Of a stretch of 64,000 bases of DNA, positions 11,354-24,203 are shown piece after piece. Position 1 is the first letter of the stretch, and each line of letters opens with the position of its first letter. This DNA comes from Bilabrum cf. latius (lineage: Eukaryota), in contig OZ237737.1 in assembly GCA_965178125.1 (NCBI GenBank), positions 434,001 to 498,000 on the forward strand, written 5' to 3'. A program made the translations under genes and the position numbers. The notes under the pieces are model-generated. The model saw nothing but the letters and a program-made list of their open reading frames with translations. It searched no databases and was not told the origin of the DNA.

Positions 11354-14300
11354 ATGACCAGGCCAAAGCGCGCTGCGAGCGCCAACGTATCGGTGCTTCT
11401 GGCGCAATTGAAAACAGAAATGCAGCCTGCTCCAAGCTCCGGCTCTGGGGACGATTGCCCCAAAGCAAACGTTGCCCAGCCTGGTGATGAAACTAAGCAT
11501 GGAGAGAGGAAACGGGATTACCGTACAAAGACACAGGCTGGCGGGCGGCGACGCACGAGCTAGCAAGCTGCGATCTCTGCGGAGCTATCTGGCTTTGCCG
11601 GTAATTTGGCCGAGCGCAATGGATACAGATAGATCGGGCTGCCTCAATAGAATGCGCTCAAGAAGTCTGGATCTGTTTCTGGCATTGGCGCATTTTTCCC
11701 TGCATTTGAAAGCGGTTTGCTTCCTATCGACTCCAACAGTGAGGTCGGTCCACTGTTTTGGAGCTCATTGCAGTATCGCTACTTTTCTGAGGTCTCAGAT
11801 TCAGTGTTTCGAGTTGTAAGATACGTATCAACCTATGGCTCTATGCCATGGTTCGGCCCATCAGCAGATGGGCAACGCGTGCAGCCAGACGCGGTCGCTC
11901 GCGGTTCGATGGCTCTACCACTAGCTCCTTTGGCTGGGAGTGTGCCCGAAGAGGAGGATTCAGAGGAAGACGAAGCCAATCAAGATGGCGGCAGTGCGAA
12001 CAGGAGGTCTTCCTCTATGGCTGGTTACGTTCCGTCGTGGGTAGATTCCGCTCGCCGGCGGCAGAAGCGCGCCGCTGCCCTCTCTGCACACACCACAGCC
12101 TCCCCATCGTCCTCGTCCTCGTCCTCCTCGTCGGGAGTCAATGCATAGACCTCCGGTGGTCCGTTCAACCGCAGTCGACCGAAGCTGCTGCCCAGGCGTC
12201 GCTTGCCCCGCCGATCAGCCGCCCCATTCCCCAGGCTCGGGCCCCCCGCACCAGCGTCTCTGTCAAATGGAGGGGAGAGCATCGACGACCAGGAGCCCCC
12301 CGGCGGCGCATAGTCAGACGCAGAGCGGTTGCTGGCTGACTTGAGCAATGGGAGTGACGGTGCTAACCCGAATGCAAGGGGGTCCAATGCGGCGCAAGGC
12401 TTTGAACAGCAAGACCGCCATGATTCAGGCCGTGCAGAAGGCCGCAAGCAAGGTTAGCAAGAAGCATCGCAAGGAGGCACTGCACACAGTGGCAGTGCGT
12501 CTGGGAAGCTATCCAGCGGTGCAGCGGCAGCGAGTGGATCCCCGAATCAGCCAACCGCTACACTGCTGGAGCAGACGGACCGCCGCATCGAGTTGCTGGA
12601 GCAGCACGCCGCGTCGCTTCGCCGAGCCAACAGGGGACTCGCAGCTAGAGCGCTCGAGTCTATACGGCTCGACCGAGTGGAAGCCGAGCTGGGGATCGGG
12701 GATAGTGCTGCTGAGGCACAGGAGGAGGTGATTGCCATGTATCACGCGCTTTGCGACAAGCATGCCAGGGTTGCGGTCCGTTGTTCTCTGGAAGACGTGC
12801 AGGAGGCAGCAGCGCTCGGGCAGACGGCCACACAGCGCGTGTGGTTTCGCGGCGGAGTGCAGTCTAGCATGCTTGGCTAGCGGCTGCTTGAAACAGGCAC
12901 TTATCAGCCTACGCGGTGGATGGAGACAGGATCGAATGGCCGAAAGGGAAAAGGCAGTGGTACTAGGGGTAGAGGCCGGGGACGAGGTCGCGGCAGAGGC
13001 CGAGGCAGAGGACGTGTCGGGCGTCCCCCAAGCTCGCCCCCGCCTGGCTATCCCATCGCCGATGCCTCGGTACTTAACAGCATTGGCGATTCGCAGGTGG
13101 AGCTCCCAGAGATGACACTTTTGTCGGCGGCTGGACGGAAGCACGGCAGTTTGGGACCTACTGAGGGCGGCCCCATGGACATTGAAGGCGCCGTCACGGA
13201 TGCGGGCTACTTGCCAGCACGATGCGCCGCTGCGAGCGCGACTTACATCCTGGAGTCATCTGTTCTTCCCATGGACGGCATCTAGGTGGAGCTGTCCGCT
13301 GGTAAGGCTTCAAAGGCAGGTGTGCGGGGGCGTGCCGCGCCTTCGTCCTCGGCGTCCTCCTCGGCCTAGCGAAGGGACAGCCGGGCGGATGCCTCAGCTG
13401 GAGGAAATAAACACAGTAGGGCTTCAGCAGTTGGGCGTGCCGGCCGCGATCGCCGCCCTAGCAAGCGAAGCCTAGAAGATGCAGACAATGAGGAACCGCC
13501 AACGCCTGTCGAGTCCGATGCTGACAGCAAGCGAGACAATAGCCCGGCGGTACGCAGCTCGAGCCCAGCGACAACTTTGAAGAACGTAATGCAGGCAGAG
13601 GTGCATCGCCGCCTGCTTCGTGCCACGGCTGCAGACATGGACCACCCCGACTGGGAGCATCCCGCAGTGCGGCTGGCCAATGCGAAAACAAAGTTGGCCG
13701 AAGAGAGATAGCAAGCTGTCGCTTTGACTAGCTCTGGTCACACCAGCACACACGCCATTGCGTCGAGTAGTCGCAAGGCAGGCCGCAAGAAAGCGGGGAG
13801 GAAAAAGAAAAAGTCGACGAGTACCACGCAGAGCGACGATGACACTTCGCCAGCAAGTGCCGAGGATCAAGTGTCGCTAAGTGACGTCTTGATTGCTTGC
13901 ATCGAAGGAGGGGCAGCTGGAGGCACAGGCCATGCAGCCGCAGCGGCCAGGCTGTATGCCGCACTCGAGAAGTGCCGAGACCAAGCAGCAGCAGCTGAAG
14001 AGGAGGAGGAGGAGGAGCAGGAGGCTTTGAAAGGCAATGGGATGGGTGGTGTCGGTGGCAACATTGCCAGCAACGGCCTCCATGGCTGCCTGCTGGATGA
14101 TGAGTTCGACCCGGAAGTCCCCGGGTAGCCGTGGCGATTGAGAGACAGCCTGCGTGCTGCCTGTGGGCTGCCGCCACTCGGGGGTTCCAGTGAGCGCGAC
14201 GGCGGCCAGGACAGTGGGACTGGAAGAGATCACCCCGCAGTTAGAGCGCAGAGGGGCTCGCTTGTATCCACCAAGAACATCGATGAGTTGCTAGGTGAGG

Positions 14301-17300
14301 GCGGAAATTAGGACAGAGGCAGGAGCAGCGGATCTGCCCCGTCTCCAGCTGGCTCCCGCCCGCGCAAGTCTGGCAAGTCGCCTAAAGGAAGATCGACCAA
14401 GGCCTCTCGGAAGCGTAAACGGGGCCAGTCTTCTGTTCGGGAAAGAGCAAGTGCTGGACGGGCCGTAGTGCAGCACAATGCAGCCGGGGTGTCGGACGCT
14501 CTGCGGACAATGTCTATGCTACTGCTGCCCGAAAGAATCACTGATGCTGCAGCTGCCAGGCGGGAGCTAAGGAAGCGAAGGAGCACCGTGTCTGTTGCGG
14601 GGAGCAGCGTAGAAAGCGAAAGCACGTCTGGTGCCCAGGTTCATTTCGATCCCCGTGCTGTCCTCCTCTAGCGGAGGTTGCAGGGAAAACGCGTGCGACC
14701 CGATGCGGCCTCACTCAGCGAGAGTAACAGCGTTTTGCTTCCATCAAATGGAGAAGCAGAGATTGTTCCCATGGACCAGGGTCGCTCCGCGTTCCGGTTG
14801 CTCCTTGCTCAGGAAGAGCAGGCAGCTCGCGGCATGGTTGCCTTGGCCGTGCAGCCGAGGGAGACTGGCGGCTCACGGGCGGGATCATCATCATGCGGAC
14901 TCCCTGCCACCGAGTGGCTCGCGTCTCTCCCACGAGCGGGTACGGTGGGTGGATCCACAGCCACCATGGATGGATTGCTACGAGCCGGCTGGGACATTGG
15001 CGAGTCGCAGGCTCGGCTGGATGAGGAGGCAAAGGCCCTTGGTCTTGTGCCTTGCGATTTTGACCTTGCCAGTCCGAGGGTGCCCTCCGCCGCGCCGGGC
15101 GCCAGCGGGGAGGAGGAGCTGCCGATTGACACATTTCTAGGTACGACCGTCGCTCCCTGGGCCGTCGATGAAGTTCTTCAAGAGCTTCGAGCTTCGCTGT
15201 CGGATGCCCCGTAGCACATGCTTGAAGGCGGCATTGTGCCAGTGAATGGTGTGAGGGCGGCTGCGACCGTGCCACCCAGCGGAGCGTCCAGCACCGAGCT
15301 CACTCGGGACCGGATCCCCCATGTTTCGACGGATAAAGAGCCTGGTAATGCATCTTCTGAGAACAATCGCGTTGACGATCAAGCTGATATGGAGGAGAAG
15401 GGACCAGCCGATGCACCACCCGGCTGGGCCGAGTCCAAGCTTGGGTCACAGCCAGTCGAAGCATCTACATCACAGGAAGGGGCTAAAGCCGCTCACCAGG
15501 CCGTTGCTCTTCCGAACGGATAGTTAGTATCAGAAGCTGCGTCTGATGAGACGATCGTGCACGCCCTTGTGCGTCTCAAATTGCTTGACCCGGAGGATGC
15601 TCGAGCTGCGGGGTTCAAGATAAGCAAGACCACCGCGAGGTGTTTCTCGTACGGAAGAGGGAGTGACACCGTGGAGCCGTTCGGTGCCGTGTGGAAGCGG
15701 TTGTCCGTCTAGCAAAGGACCTCTATCGTCGATCTCCTGAGTCCGAAGCAAGAGAGCGACAGCGAAGGAGAGAGTAACTCAATGAGGGATGGAGAGGAGA
15801 GCAATTCCATTGTCGACGCGCCCCAGCTAGCCTAGAAGGACTAGCAAGAACAGAGCAAATCCAAATCTGACGTCACTACCGCGTTACGGCAGGCGAGAGC
15901 TGGTCGTTTCATCGGCAGACCCATCGGCTGGCACATTGCTGCTGCTCTGGGCTCAAGCCTTGCGGTGACACCGACTGGGGATGCGTCATACGACTCTGAC
16001 GTGTCGCGGTTCCTCATGAAAGATGCGCAGACCCAGGGCGGTCTCAACGGAGCGGCGCTGCTGCCCAGCCGCATGGCCGATCTTGAGCAAGGTCAGGCGC
16101 AGAGAAGTGAGCAAAGAGAATCACCAGTGTTAGGCGGTATCTCACCGGCTGCCCTGTTGCAAGCCAGCCTAAGCGAGACGCAGAAGAGACGGGTGCGGAT
16201 GCTAGCAGCGGCTGCGTTGGTGCCGTTGCCCTCTGCCTCGCTGGCTGTAAGGATGCGTGCGAACTGCAAGGCGCTCTCGCAGCATGGTCTCCTGGTTGAC
16301 GTGAAGTAGGAGGCGGCTGCAGAGGATGCCCGCAAATAGACTGCCGCCTCGTCATCATTGGCCACTGGTCTTGCTGCTAAGTCATCTCATGGGGCTGACA
16401 AGGCGCCCAGCGCATTATCTGGGACTGTCGCTGTTTCCAGCGCCTCCGACGTGCGTGATAGACAAGCTGCAAGCTCACGTGATTCGCACGACGAGTCTCC
16501 GGATCAAGTCGATCGTGCCGCCCCACGACAGCGTCGGGCAGGCCGGCAGCGTGCCTCGTTCGGTAGCCTGACCCAAGCCAGCAGTGGTGTTAGCCGAGAG
16601 CCTATGCGTGTGGCTGGTGCCCTGGAAGCGCAGCTGCGGGGGAATCCGTGGGCGCTGCTGTGCATGGACGAGCGTGGGGTCCCATCGAAGGTAGCAGGTC
16701 TCAAGTCTGACACCGTGAGACTAGCCCTGGGCTTGTGGCACTCCGGTGCCTCGGGTGCCTACCGCATAGGGATGCACCCGCAGGTGGGTGGAGTTGCCAC
16801 CCACTACCATGGCTAGCCACCGCAAGGCTTTTCTGATCCTGTGCCGGCTGACGTGCATTTGCAGCTTGTGGAGGACCTTCACTGGTTTGGCATGCACGTC
16901 CCGATGGGAGCCAGGGTGGAGGCTCGAGACGAGCTCATGGACTGGTGCACCGGGGTGGTGGTGGGGGAGCGCAGGGACGCAGGGGCTGTGCGACGGTACG
17001 TTCGAGTGCGGTTCGACGGCTGGGGCCCTGGATTCGACGAGTGGGTGCGAGTCGTGCCAGAGAAGGTGGATCCGGGGGATGGGGCGGAAGGAGCAGCCGA
17101 AGCGGCCATGGTGCGAGTGCAGTCCTCCGGCGCAGATCAGCAGCAGCTGGCCCCTTTGGGTCCGCCGACAGGCGGATCAGCGTCTGGAAGCCGCAAGGCA
17201 AAGCGCCGGCGCGTGGATGCCCCAGGAAAGGGGGTCGTCGGGGTACCGTCGAGGCTCAAACTGTCGTGGTAGGAGGCAGCACCTTGTGGATTTCGAGTGT

Positions 17301-17344
17301 GGCTGGCTCCCCCTGGGACGTTTGTCGGTTTTCTCGACGGCTGA
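11354..17344 (+). CDS. Large disordered nuclear protein with C-terminal Tudor-knot/MBT-like (Royal family) domain (~1996 aa)
   Basis: Eleven ORF-track pieces from 11354 to 17272 share a frame. Hand translation of the gaps shows only TAG until TGA 17342-17344. C-terminal GARVEARDELMDWCTGVVV...YVRVRFDGWGPGFDEWV...WLAPPGTF. Also RGRG repeats and basic NLS-like clusters. Confidence 0.75.
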
Positions 17345-17627
17345 CGGGTGGTCAGGTTTTTTGTGGCAACTTTGGATTTCCGACGTGAAGAGCCCCGCAG
17401 AAGACAAATTTTTGTGAATTGCAAAGAAACTACAATTAAAATGCAAATAAACAACGGATAAAGCGGCCAAGTACTGTGCGGCAGGTACCGCGACTGAAAT
17501 CCGACATCCTGGATCGTGTCCAGATCGACACCGCACGCCAGATATCAATCACCAGCTGCCAACAAGCTGTTCCTCATCCGTTTGTCGGACCTGAAGATGC
17601 TTGTGAGGCGGCCAGAAAGCATGATTA

Positions 17628-20600
17628 TCATAGGAGCTGGCCATCGAGGGCAGCTGCTCCCGATGAAGCCGGCACAGCCACACGACGCTGCGACCCACTG
17701 GCCGGTGGACCGCTGCTTCCAGCCGATGCTGGCTGTAGCGCGGGACCTGGCACGAATGGGTTCGGCAACTGCTCGATCGATTGCGCATTAAGCGCGGCCC
17801 AGACGAAGAATGCCTTGCGGTGTGCCGGCAGCATCGGCCGCAGGAGAGCTGCAAGCCTGTCATACAACGGGAACCGGAGCCATTCCAGAGCGCCGAATTT
17901 GGGCGGGCCACCTGTGTTCGACTTGGACACGCTGACCACTCCAGATAGAGCCTTGATGGCATCACTGGACTGCGCTACCGCGCGCAAGTTGAACGGAAAC
18001 TCTGTCTCTTGCAAGAGAGAGCTGATAGCAAGCTCGGCAGGGGGTCCCTGCGGCACCACGGCACCTCGCTGGCTGGCCTCACCAAACTGCTGGTGCTCGC
18101 AGTTTGCAAGTGGGAGCCTACCCTGCATGGGGCGAGCGTGACTTCGCGCTTGCGTGTCTAGCGCCTGCTTGGCAGCAGTTGCCGCGCTCCGGTACGCCGA
18201 GTTCCTGCGCAGCATCACAAGAGCGCTCTGGAGCGCCACTGCGAACTGACGCTCGGTGGCGCGCTGTCGTGTTTCCATCCCCGCAAGCCGCCGTTTCTGG
18301 TCCTCCGTTAGCTGAAGCACAGCGGCAAGGTCGGTTCCTAGCTCCTAGGTACGGCGGGAGGAAGCCTGTGTACCAGCATCGGCAGCCGATGCAGCCGCCG
18401 TGGCTGTGTGCAGCATGCAGCGGGTGCCACCCAACGCTCCGAGCGCGTCGCCTCTCCGAATCTGCAGGCTACTTTCCTCCAGCAAGGCGACTGCACGAGC
18501 CTGAAGGGAGGCACAATCGTTGAAGCGAGCTTTACCGACCGCAGCACCCGCATGCCTTCCGCACAGAGTATTCATCAGTACACCTCGCTTCGCTCTTGAC
18601 GCTACGATGTCAGAGGCGTACGACGTCGCTGCGTCCGCCACTGCCAGCCCCGTGCCGGTGGTATCCAGGGTGGTTGAAATAACTTTGGCCTTCGGCTTCG
18701 GTACGAACACACTGGGCGTGGAGTGCCCGCTGCCTATGCCAGACGAGTGCGGCGACCCAATTTCGAAGACCCTGCTGCTATCGCGACCCATCCGTTGCGT
18801 GTGCGCGGCCACAGCGCACTGCTGTTCCACTGCCATGTCTCGGTGCAGCTGCGACCAAACTGCCTGCACGTCCGGCTCGTCGTCCTTGCCGGACGGAACG
18901 TTCGGGGATTCGTCGAACCGGACAATCGCGTTGGCAACCACTTGCTCCGGCTTCACGTACCTGGCAGCGGCTTTTGGCATGGGAACCCCCTGGGTTGTGC
19001 CAGCCTGTACCGCTGCCTTATGGTACCCATCCAGTCCCTCCAACGCCCTCACGTCCAGATTCGATGCGTCCTTCATGGATGCGCGCAGATCAGATAGCGG
19101 CGGAGGGTGCAGCTTTCCATCCTTACTCCTCCGTGGAAGCCTCACTTTGTTCACTCCCCACTTGAAGGCAACCAACCTCCCGTGCTGATGCTGCAGATCT
19201 GCCCTCTCGACGATGAGCCCGGCGATCCGCTCCCTCACTCGCTGCCTGCGCAACTGTGCCGTGTTGCGGTTTCGCGCCAGGCGCTCTTCCTTGGAACGAG
19301 TCCCGCCAGATGAGCTCGCGGCAGACCGGCCGCGGCCCGCCTGCTGAAAGTCAGCGGCTGAGTGTCCCGGCTTCGCAAGCCCTTTCGCAACGATTTCTCG
19401 AACGGCAGCAGTGGCTGGCATGGAGAATCTGATCCCCGGTAATGGCTCGACGTCCGCGTTGATGGAAGGGGTCAGGGTCGCAGCTGCCCGCACCTGTGTG
19501 GTTGCAGCACCGCGGCCGGCAATGTGGCCGGACAAGGCACCGCGTCGTGATGTAACTGCCTGTCGCAGGCTGCCTCTCCGCACGCCGACTGCATTTTTCT
19601 GCTGCTGCAGGCCTGCATACCCCTGGAGCTGCTGCTGCGTGGCACCTTGGCTACCAGCATCACGGCTGCCGCCCCTGGCCGGCGCCCCTGCCCTTCTGCC
19701 ATCTACACGCATCCCGTCCATTCGAGTTCCTCCACTATCATCGACCTCACTGACGTCGTCGTACAAGATCTCTGACCCCGCTAAGGACCTCAGGAGTGCC
19801 CTGCCTGCCGATGCTGCCTTGCGAGACGGGCGGCTGCGGGTCGATGGCTCGGCCTGGCCAGGAGACCCTTGGCCTTGGCCTGTTCGCGCACTTCGTCCTT
19901 TCTCCTGGTAATCCTCATCGTCTGCGCTCGCAGCTGTGAGAAGGCTGTTTGTGCGAGAGCTGCGGTGCGAACGGCCCGAGTGCTGGGCGACGCTTGCAGA
20001 TGCCGCACCTGCACTTGCCAAGGCGGCTCCAAAGCTCGCGCTTCCGCCCACAGCACTCGGCACACGAGAAGCGTCCAGGCCCTCAGACGCGGCGGGAATT
20101 GCCCCTAACTAGACACCCGATGCAATTGGGGCGGTCGCTTGCCCTGAGGCGCCGAATGGCGGCTGTGGTGGAGCAAGCGGTGACGACGCTTCTTCCATGC
20201 TGCGGGCTGCCGCGCCGTCTCCGCCCCCGAGACTTCGATTCTGCCTTGTTCGCTTCCTGCTAGAGATAGGAGAAGATGGTCCTGTCTAGGGCTAGGCGCC
20301 GCGCGAGCCTATAATCGCAGACCCGGCAGTGGACCTTGGGTGTCGGCTCGATGCTGCGCGACTTGACGCAGCTGCCGCGCTGCCGCTTGCGATGGCAGCT
20401 TCAACTGCTCGCTCCAACAGATTATGACCAGACACTGCTATTTCCTGCCGGGCAGGGTTGTCCTCGCGCGCGTTGCTTCCTTCGGACCTGGCTGTTGTGC
20501 CGCCGGTGGATCCACTCGCGGAAATTTCTGCCCCCGATTCGGGCACGGTCGGAAGGCCTGATGCATGGCCTGAGGGGAGTGTTGAAATCAATGACCCGTT

Positions 20601-21150
20601 TCCCCAACCTTGGGGAAGCACCGAATTGCCAGTTGTGCCAAGCTGTGAGCTTGATGAGCGACCGGACTCGCCTGGCAAATAGTGCGCCGACGGTGCTAAC
20701 CTCTCCTCGTGCAGTATGGAACCCGGTACAGAATCTGATGTACTTTGACGCGAGTGCGGTCGCGGCCGCTCGTTTCCCGCTTTTGAGTCAGGGTTGACAG
20801 AAAGCATCCCGAAATCTACGGACAAGCCGGAGTGCACCACTCCAGTCGGCTGTTCTGCCTCTCCCGATTCGGGCAACAAGCCTGCAGTGAGAAGTTTGAA
20901 TAAAGCGTTTTATAAAACATGCAAAATTGCTGTACCATAGCCTCATCTAGGGACAAACAGCGACGGGACCCGCGGATTTCTTACTGTCATTTGAGTTTTC
21001 GGCCGGAAACATGTCATGGGTTGGAGTTCTCCAAGTCCCACGAGGGGCTGTTCTTTTCCGAGGTCTACCATCTTCGTTGCCTTCTTTCCCTTCCATCATT
21101 GCCTCAAAGATCTTTGCTTTTGCTGCTGCTTTGCGAGGTTCCGCCGCCAT
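17628..21150 (-). CDS. bZIP-domain transcription factor-like protein (~1139 aa)
   Basis: Exon 1 is 21150-20985, intron 20984-20882 (GTAAGA...CTGCAG, phase-compatible), exon 2 is 20881-17628 ending at TGA and read through several TAG. Basic region and zipper SKEERLARNRNTAQLRRQRVRERIAGLIVERADLQHQHGRL near 19180-19300. Confidence 0.7.
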
Positions 21151-21397
21151 GACGTGCGCGGCGACAAGCGCCTGCGGCCGAGGTGGGGTCGCGGTTTCGT
21201 AGCCGCTGTGCTTCGAGCCACCGGTGGAGTTGTAGCGATGCTTCACGATTTGCGATCATGTGAGAACCCGATAAAGATTATGTTGAACAAGCTTGGCATA
21301 TTAGCTCATCCCGACCATGACGACCTCTCCAAAGCCAGTATCTGATTTGCTGCAATACGTACCATGCTGCAGAAGTGAATTCCGGTCCGCTGTAGCC

Positions 21398-24043
21398 ATG
21401 GACCACCCAGCACTGTATCCAGACTCGTGCTCGAGTTGTTTTACTCGTCTATGTGGATTTAGTCCAGGCAAGTATGCGGAATAGCGGCATACATCACCCT
21501 GTTAGACGAAGTGTTGCTGCAGCGGCGTTGACGTTTGCCTCGTTATTGCTCCGTGCATGTACAAATCGGACGACGGTGGTTCTGTCACGTGTACCAGTAT
21601 TTGCAGGCACACTGTTCGCGGCTTCTGTCTCATTGCAAGCCTGTGGGTGTGCCTGAGCTGGTTTGCACAAGGAGTCGCAATCGCTTTCGGCACAGTCACG
21701 CCTCCCATCATCGGGTGGAGATCGGCCCAAGGGGCGGACACGATGACGGCAGCAACTAGTGGCATAATGCTGGCTGCGACAGGAATCGCCGGCTGGTGGA
21801 TGATGGCTCGCCTTGAGCAGGACGGTGAGTTGCTTCGGCACAGCTGGTGTGCATTTCGAGCAGGCAAGGCAGCACGAGCTAAATAGGGGGGAACCGAGGG
21901 CGATTTTGAAAGCGTCAAAACCTCAGTCATCTCTAATGCTGGACGAGCTGGCAATATCTCGGAATCTGGAGACGCGTACAGGCGCAACCCGCTGGCATTC
22001 GCTGGAGGAGCCAAGCCTTCGAGACTGGAATTTGCGCCTGAGCAGGTGTCTGAGCAGGAGATGACCGGTGCTACCGCGCGCGATGGTGGCAAGCACACCC
22101 CAAGTGGAACATCAGCTCGCGGGCGAGCACATCACATGCCGTCCTCGGGGCCCAGCATCACGACCGCTGGCAGCCTCGCGCTGCTTCGCAGCGCCGCCAT
22201 CTTCTCTGCGGCTAGGCGACGGAGGGAGAGAGCCGACTCGGAATCGAACCAGTCAATCGATAGCGAGCATACCACCGATTCAGAGGGCGCGACCAGCGCT
22301 GGTGAGCACGGTCGGGCAGCCGAGCGCCATCGCCGCGTGAAACGGCTCGTCGCCGATCGGCGCAGGTCGATCGACACGACCTTCGGTTCGACGCAGGCGC
22401 GATCGTTCTATGGCAGGGCAGCAAAAGGATCAGTTGAGCCCATTCATGAGATAGACGAAGTTTCATTGGGGTAGGAAGACCCGCTCGTGGTTACTAGGGT
22501 GGGCTAGATAGCTGCACCTGGCAGAGCAGCCAGCGAAGCCAGTGAAAGAGGCAGCTGCGCAACCGCGAGCCCAGCCGGATCGTTTGAAGCGAAAGTTTCC
22601 GCGAGAACAACTGCAGTAGAGCTCGTAGCTATGCAGTCGAACGCACCTGCACCCATACCATCTAGCCAGCCGTCACCTGGCCAGAACGGGGCAGGCGTAG
22701 TCGCTTCCCCTGGCAGGCTAAATCAACGGGCAGGCCCGCAAAGGCCGGCAGATCGCCCAAAAGCACCGCCAAGGAACGGCATTAGAGTTGGGCCAACGGT
22801 GTCGAACCCCCCCGGCAGGAATGGCTCTCAGCGTGCCATGTCTTGGAAGGCAACAGGATCCGAGAGGCAGGCCATGGTGCAGGCAGCACGAGCAGCACAC
22901 AATGAGTTTGGAGCGAGGGGCGAGCACGAGGGCTAGGCATTGGACAAGAAGACGATTCATAGCAGGGCGGGCAGCATGACACTCAAAGAAGACACGGGGC
23001 GTGCGTCGTCGTTTTGTGCAGATACACCCAGCCTGTCGGATTGTGCGGTGCTGTGCTCCTCAATCGGGGCCACGTGCCGCCCAAGCGCGCGCCTAGAGGC
23101 AGTGTCCGTTGGCGGCGCGCTCGTCGGGCTCTTGATCGGCATTCTGGCGGAGTTTTTCAAGGGTGTTACAACCGTGTCCGACGCTGTGGGCGACACGAAC
23201 ACGTCTGAGGAGAACCAGGCCCGGTCCTCCATTGCCGGGTCAGACACGGCAGGCTACCAGATAGCAGACGTGCTGCTGACCCTCGTTGGCCTGGCCATAG
23301 CTGCACTTGTGCACGCAGTTTCATGCGCTGCCGTGGCGCGCATTTTGCAGATGCACTCTGAGGCTGCGCTGGGTGTATCTAGGCAGTTGCTGCAGGCGGC
23401 AGCAGAGGACGATCCATCCGAAGCGAGGTCGTTGGTAAAGCGCGCTGTCCTGGACCACCAGCGGGTCAGGCTGCGCGTAGATGCCTTTAACACCTAGCTG
23501 GGGTTTTACGTCACCGCGATCACGATGCTGTTTGTGCTCACCACGGCCACGTTCGTGCTTCTTGCCGTGCTGGAGTTTGGGTAGACGGAGGATCCGTGGC
23601 TGTGGCACGACTACGCTCGTGGCGCCTTTGCCATCTACTCCGGGGTCCCGACAGGAAGCGTGGTGATCGCGGGTGCTCGACTCACCACTGCTCTGCGCAC
23701 CACGGCCCAGGCGGCCTCTGCCCTGATCGCGGATGACGACAACGAAGATGAAGATTAGGTTGTGTCGAAGTTGGGCGCGCAGGGAGCAGCGGCCGCCGTG
23801 GGGATCGGGAGTTTCAGCGGTGCAGACTCCGAGGCGGGGCACGCGGGGAGCCGCGACCGGCTAACTGCTGCGTATGTCAGTCAGGTGCAGACGTATTTTA
23901 CTCTGTGGCTGGGCGCAGACCAGCCCGGTGCGAAGTTCCTAGGCAATGTCGTGATCGAGTTCCGGCTGCTCGGTCGGCTCGGGTATGTTCTCCTTGCGGG
24001 GCTATTCTCCGCGATCCAGCTGCGGCTACGAACGATTGAGTGA
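21398..24043 (+). CDS. Seven-TM protein, candidate gustatory-receptor-like (7TM ion channel superfamily) (~881 aa)
   Basis: Single frame from GCCATGG at 21398 to TGA at 24041 with 9 in-frame TAG. Seven hydrophobic segments with a long loop between TM2 and TM3. Motifs FTRLCGFSP, HQRVRLRVDAFNT*LGFY and C-terminal GAKFLGNVVIEFRLLGRLGYVLLAGLFSAIQL. Confidence 0.65.
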
Positions 24044-24203
24044 GCAAGGCATACAGGTGCACAATGCCAACCAAACGAAGACCGCGAAGTAGCGCGGTGG
24101 CCACCAATGTTCGTCAAGAGGGCGGTGAATGTTCGTTTGTTGCCTAGTTGCGTGGGGAATCTGATTATTTATTGCCAAGGGAAACAGCAACATTTTGACC
24201 AGC

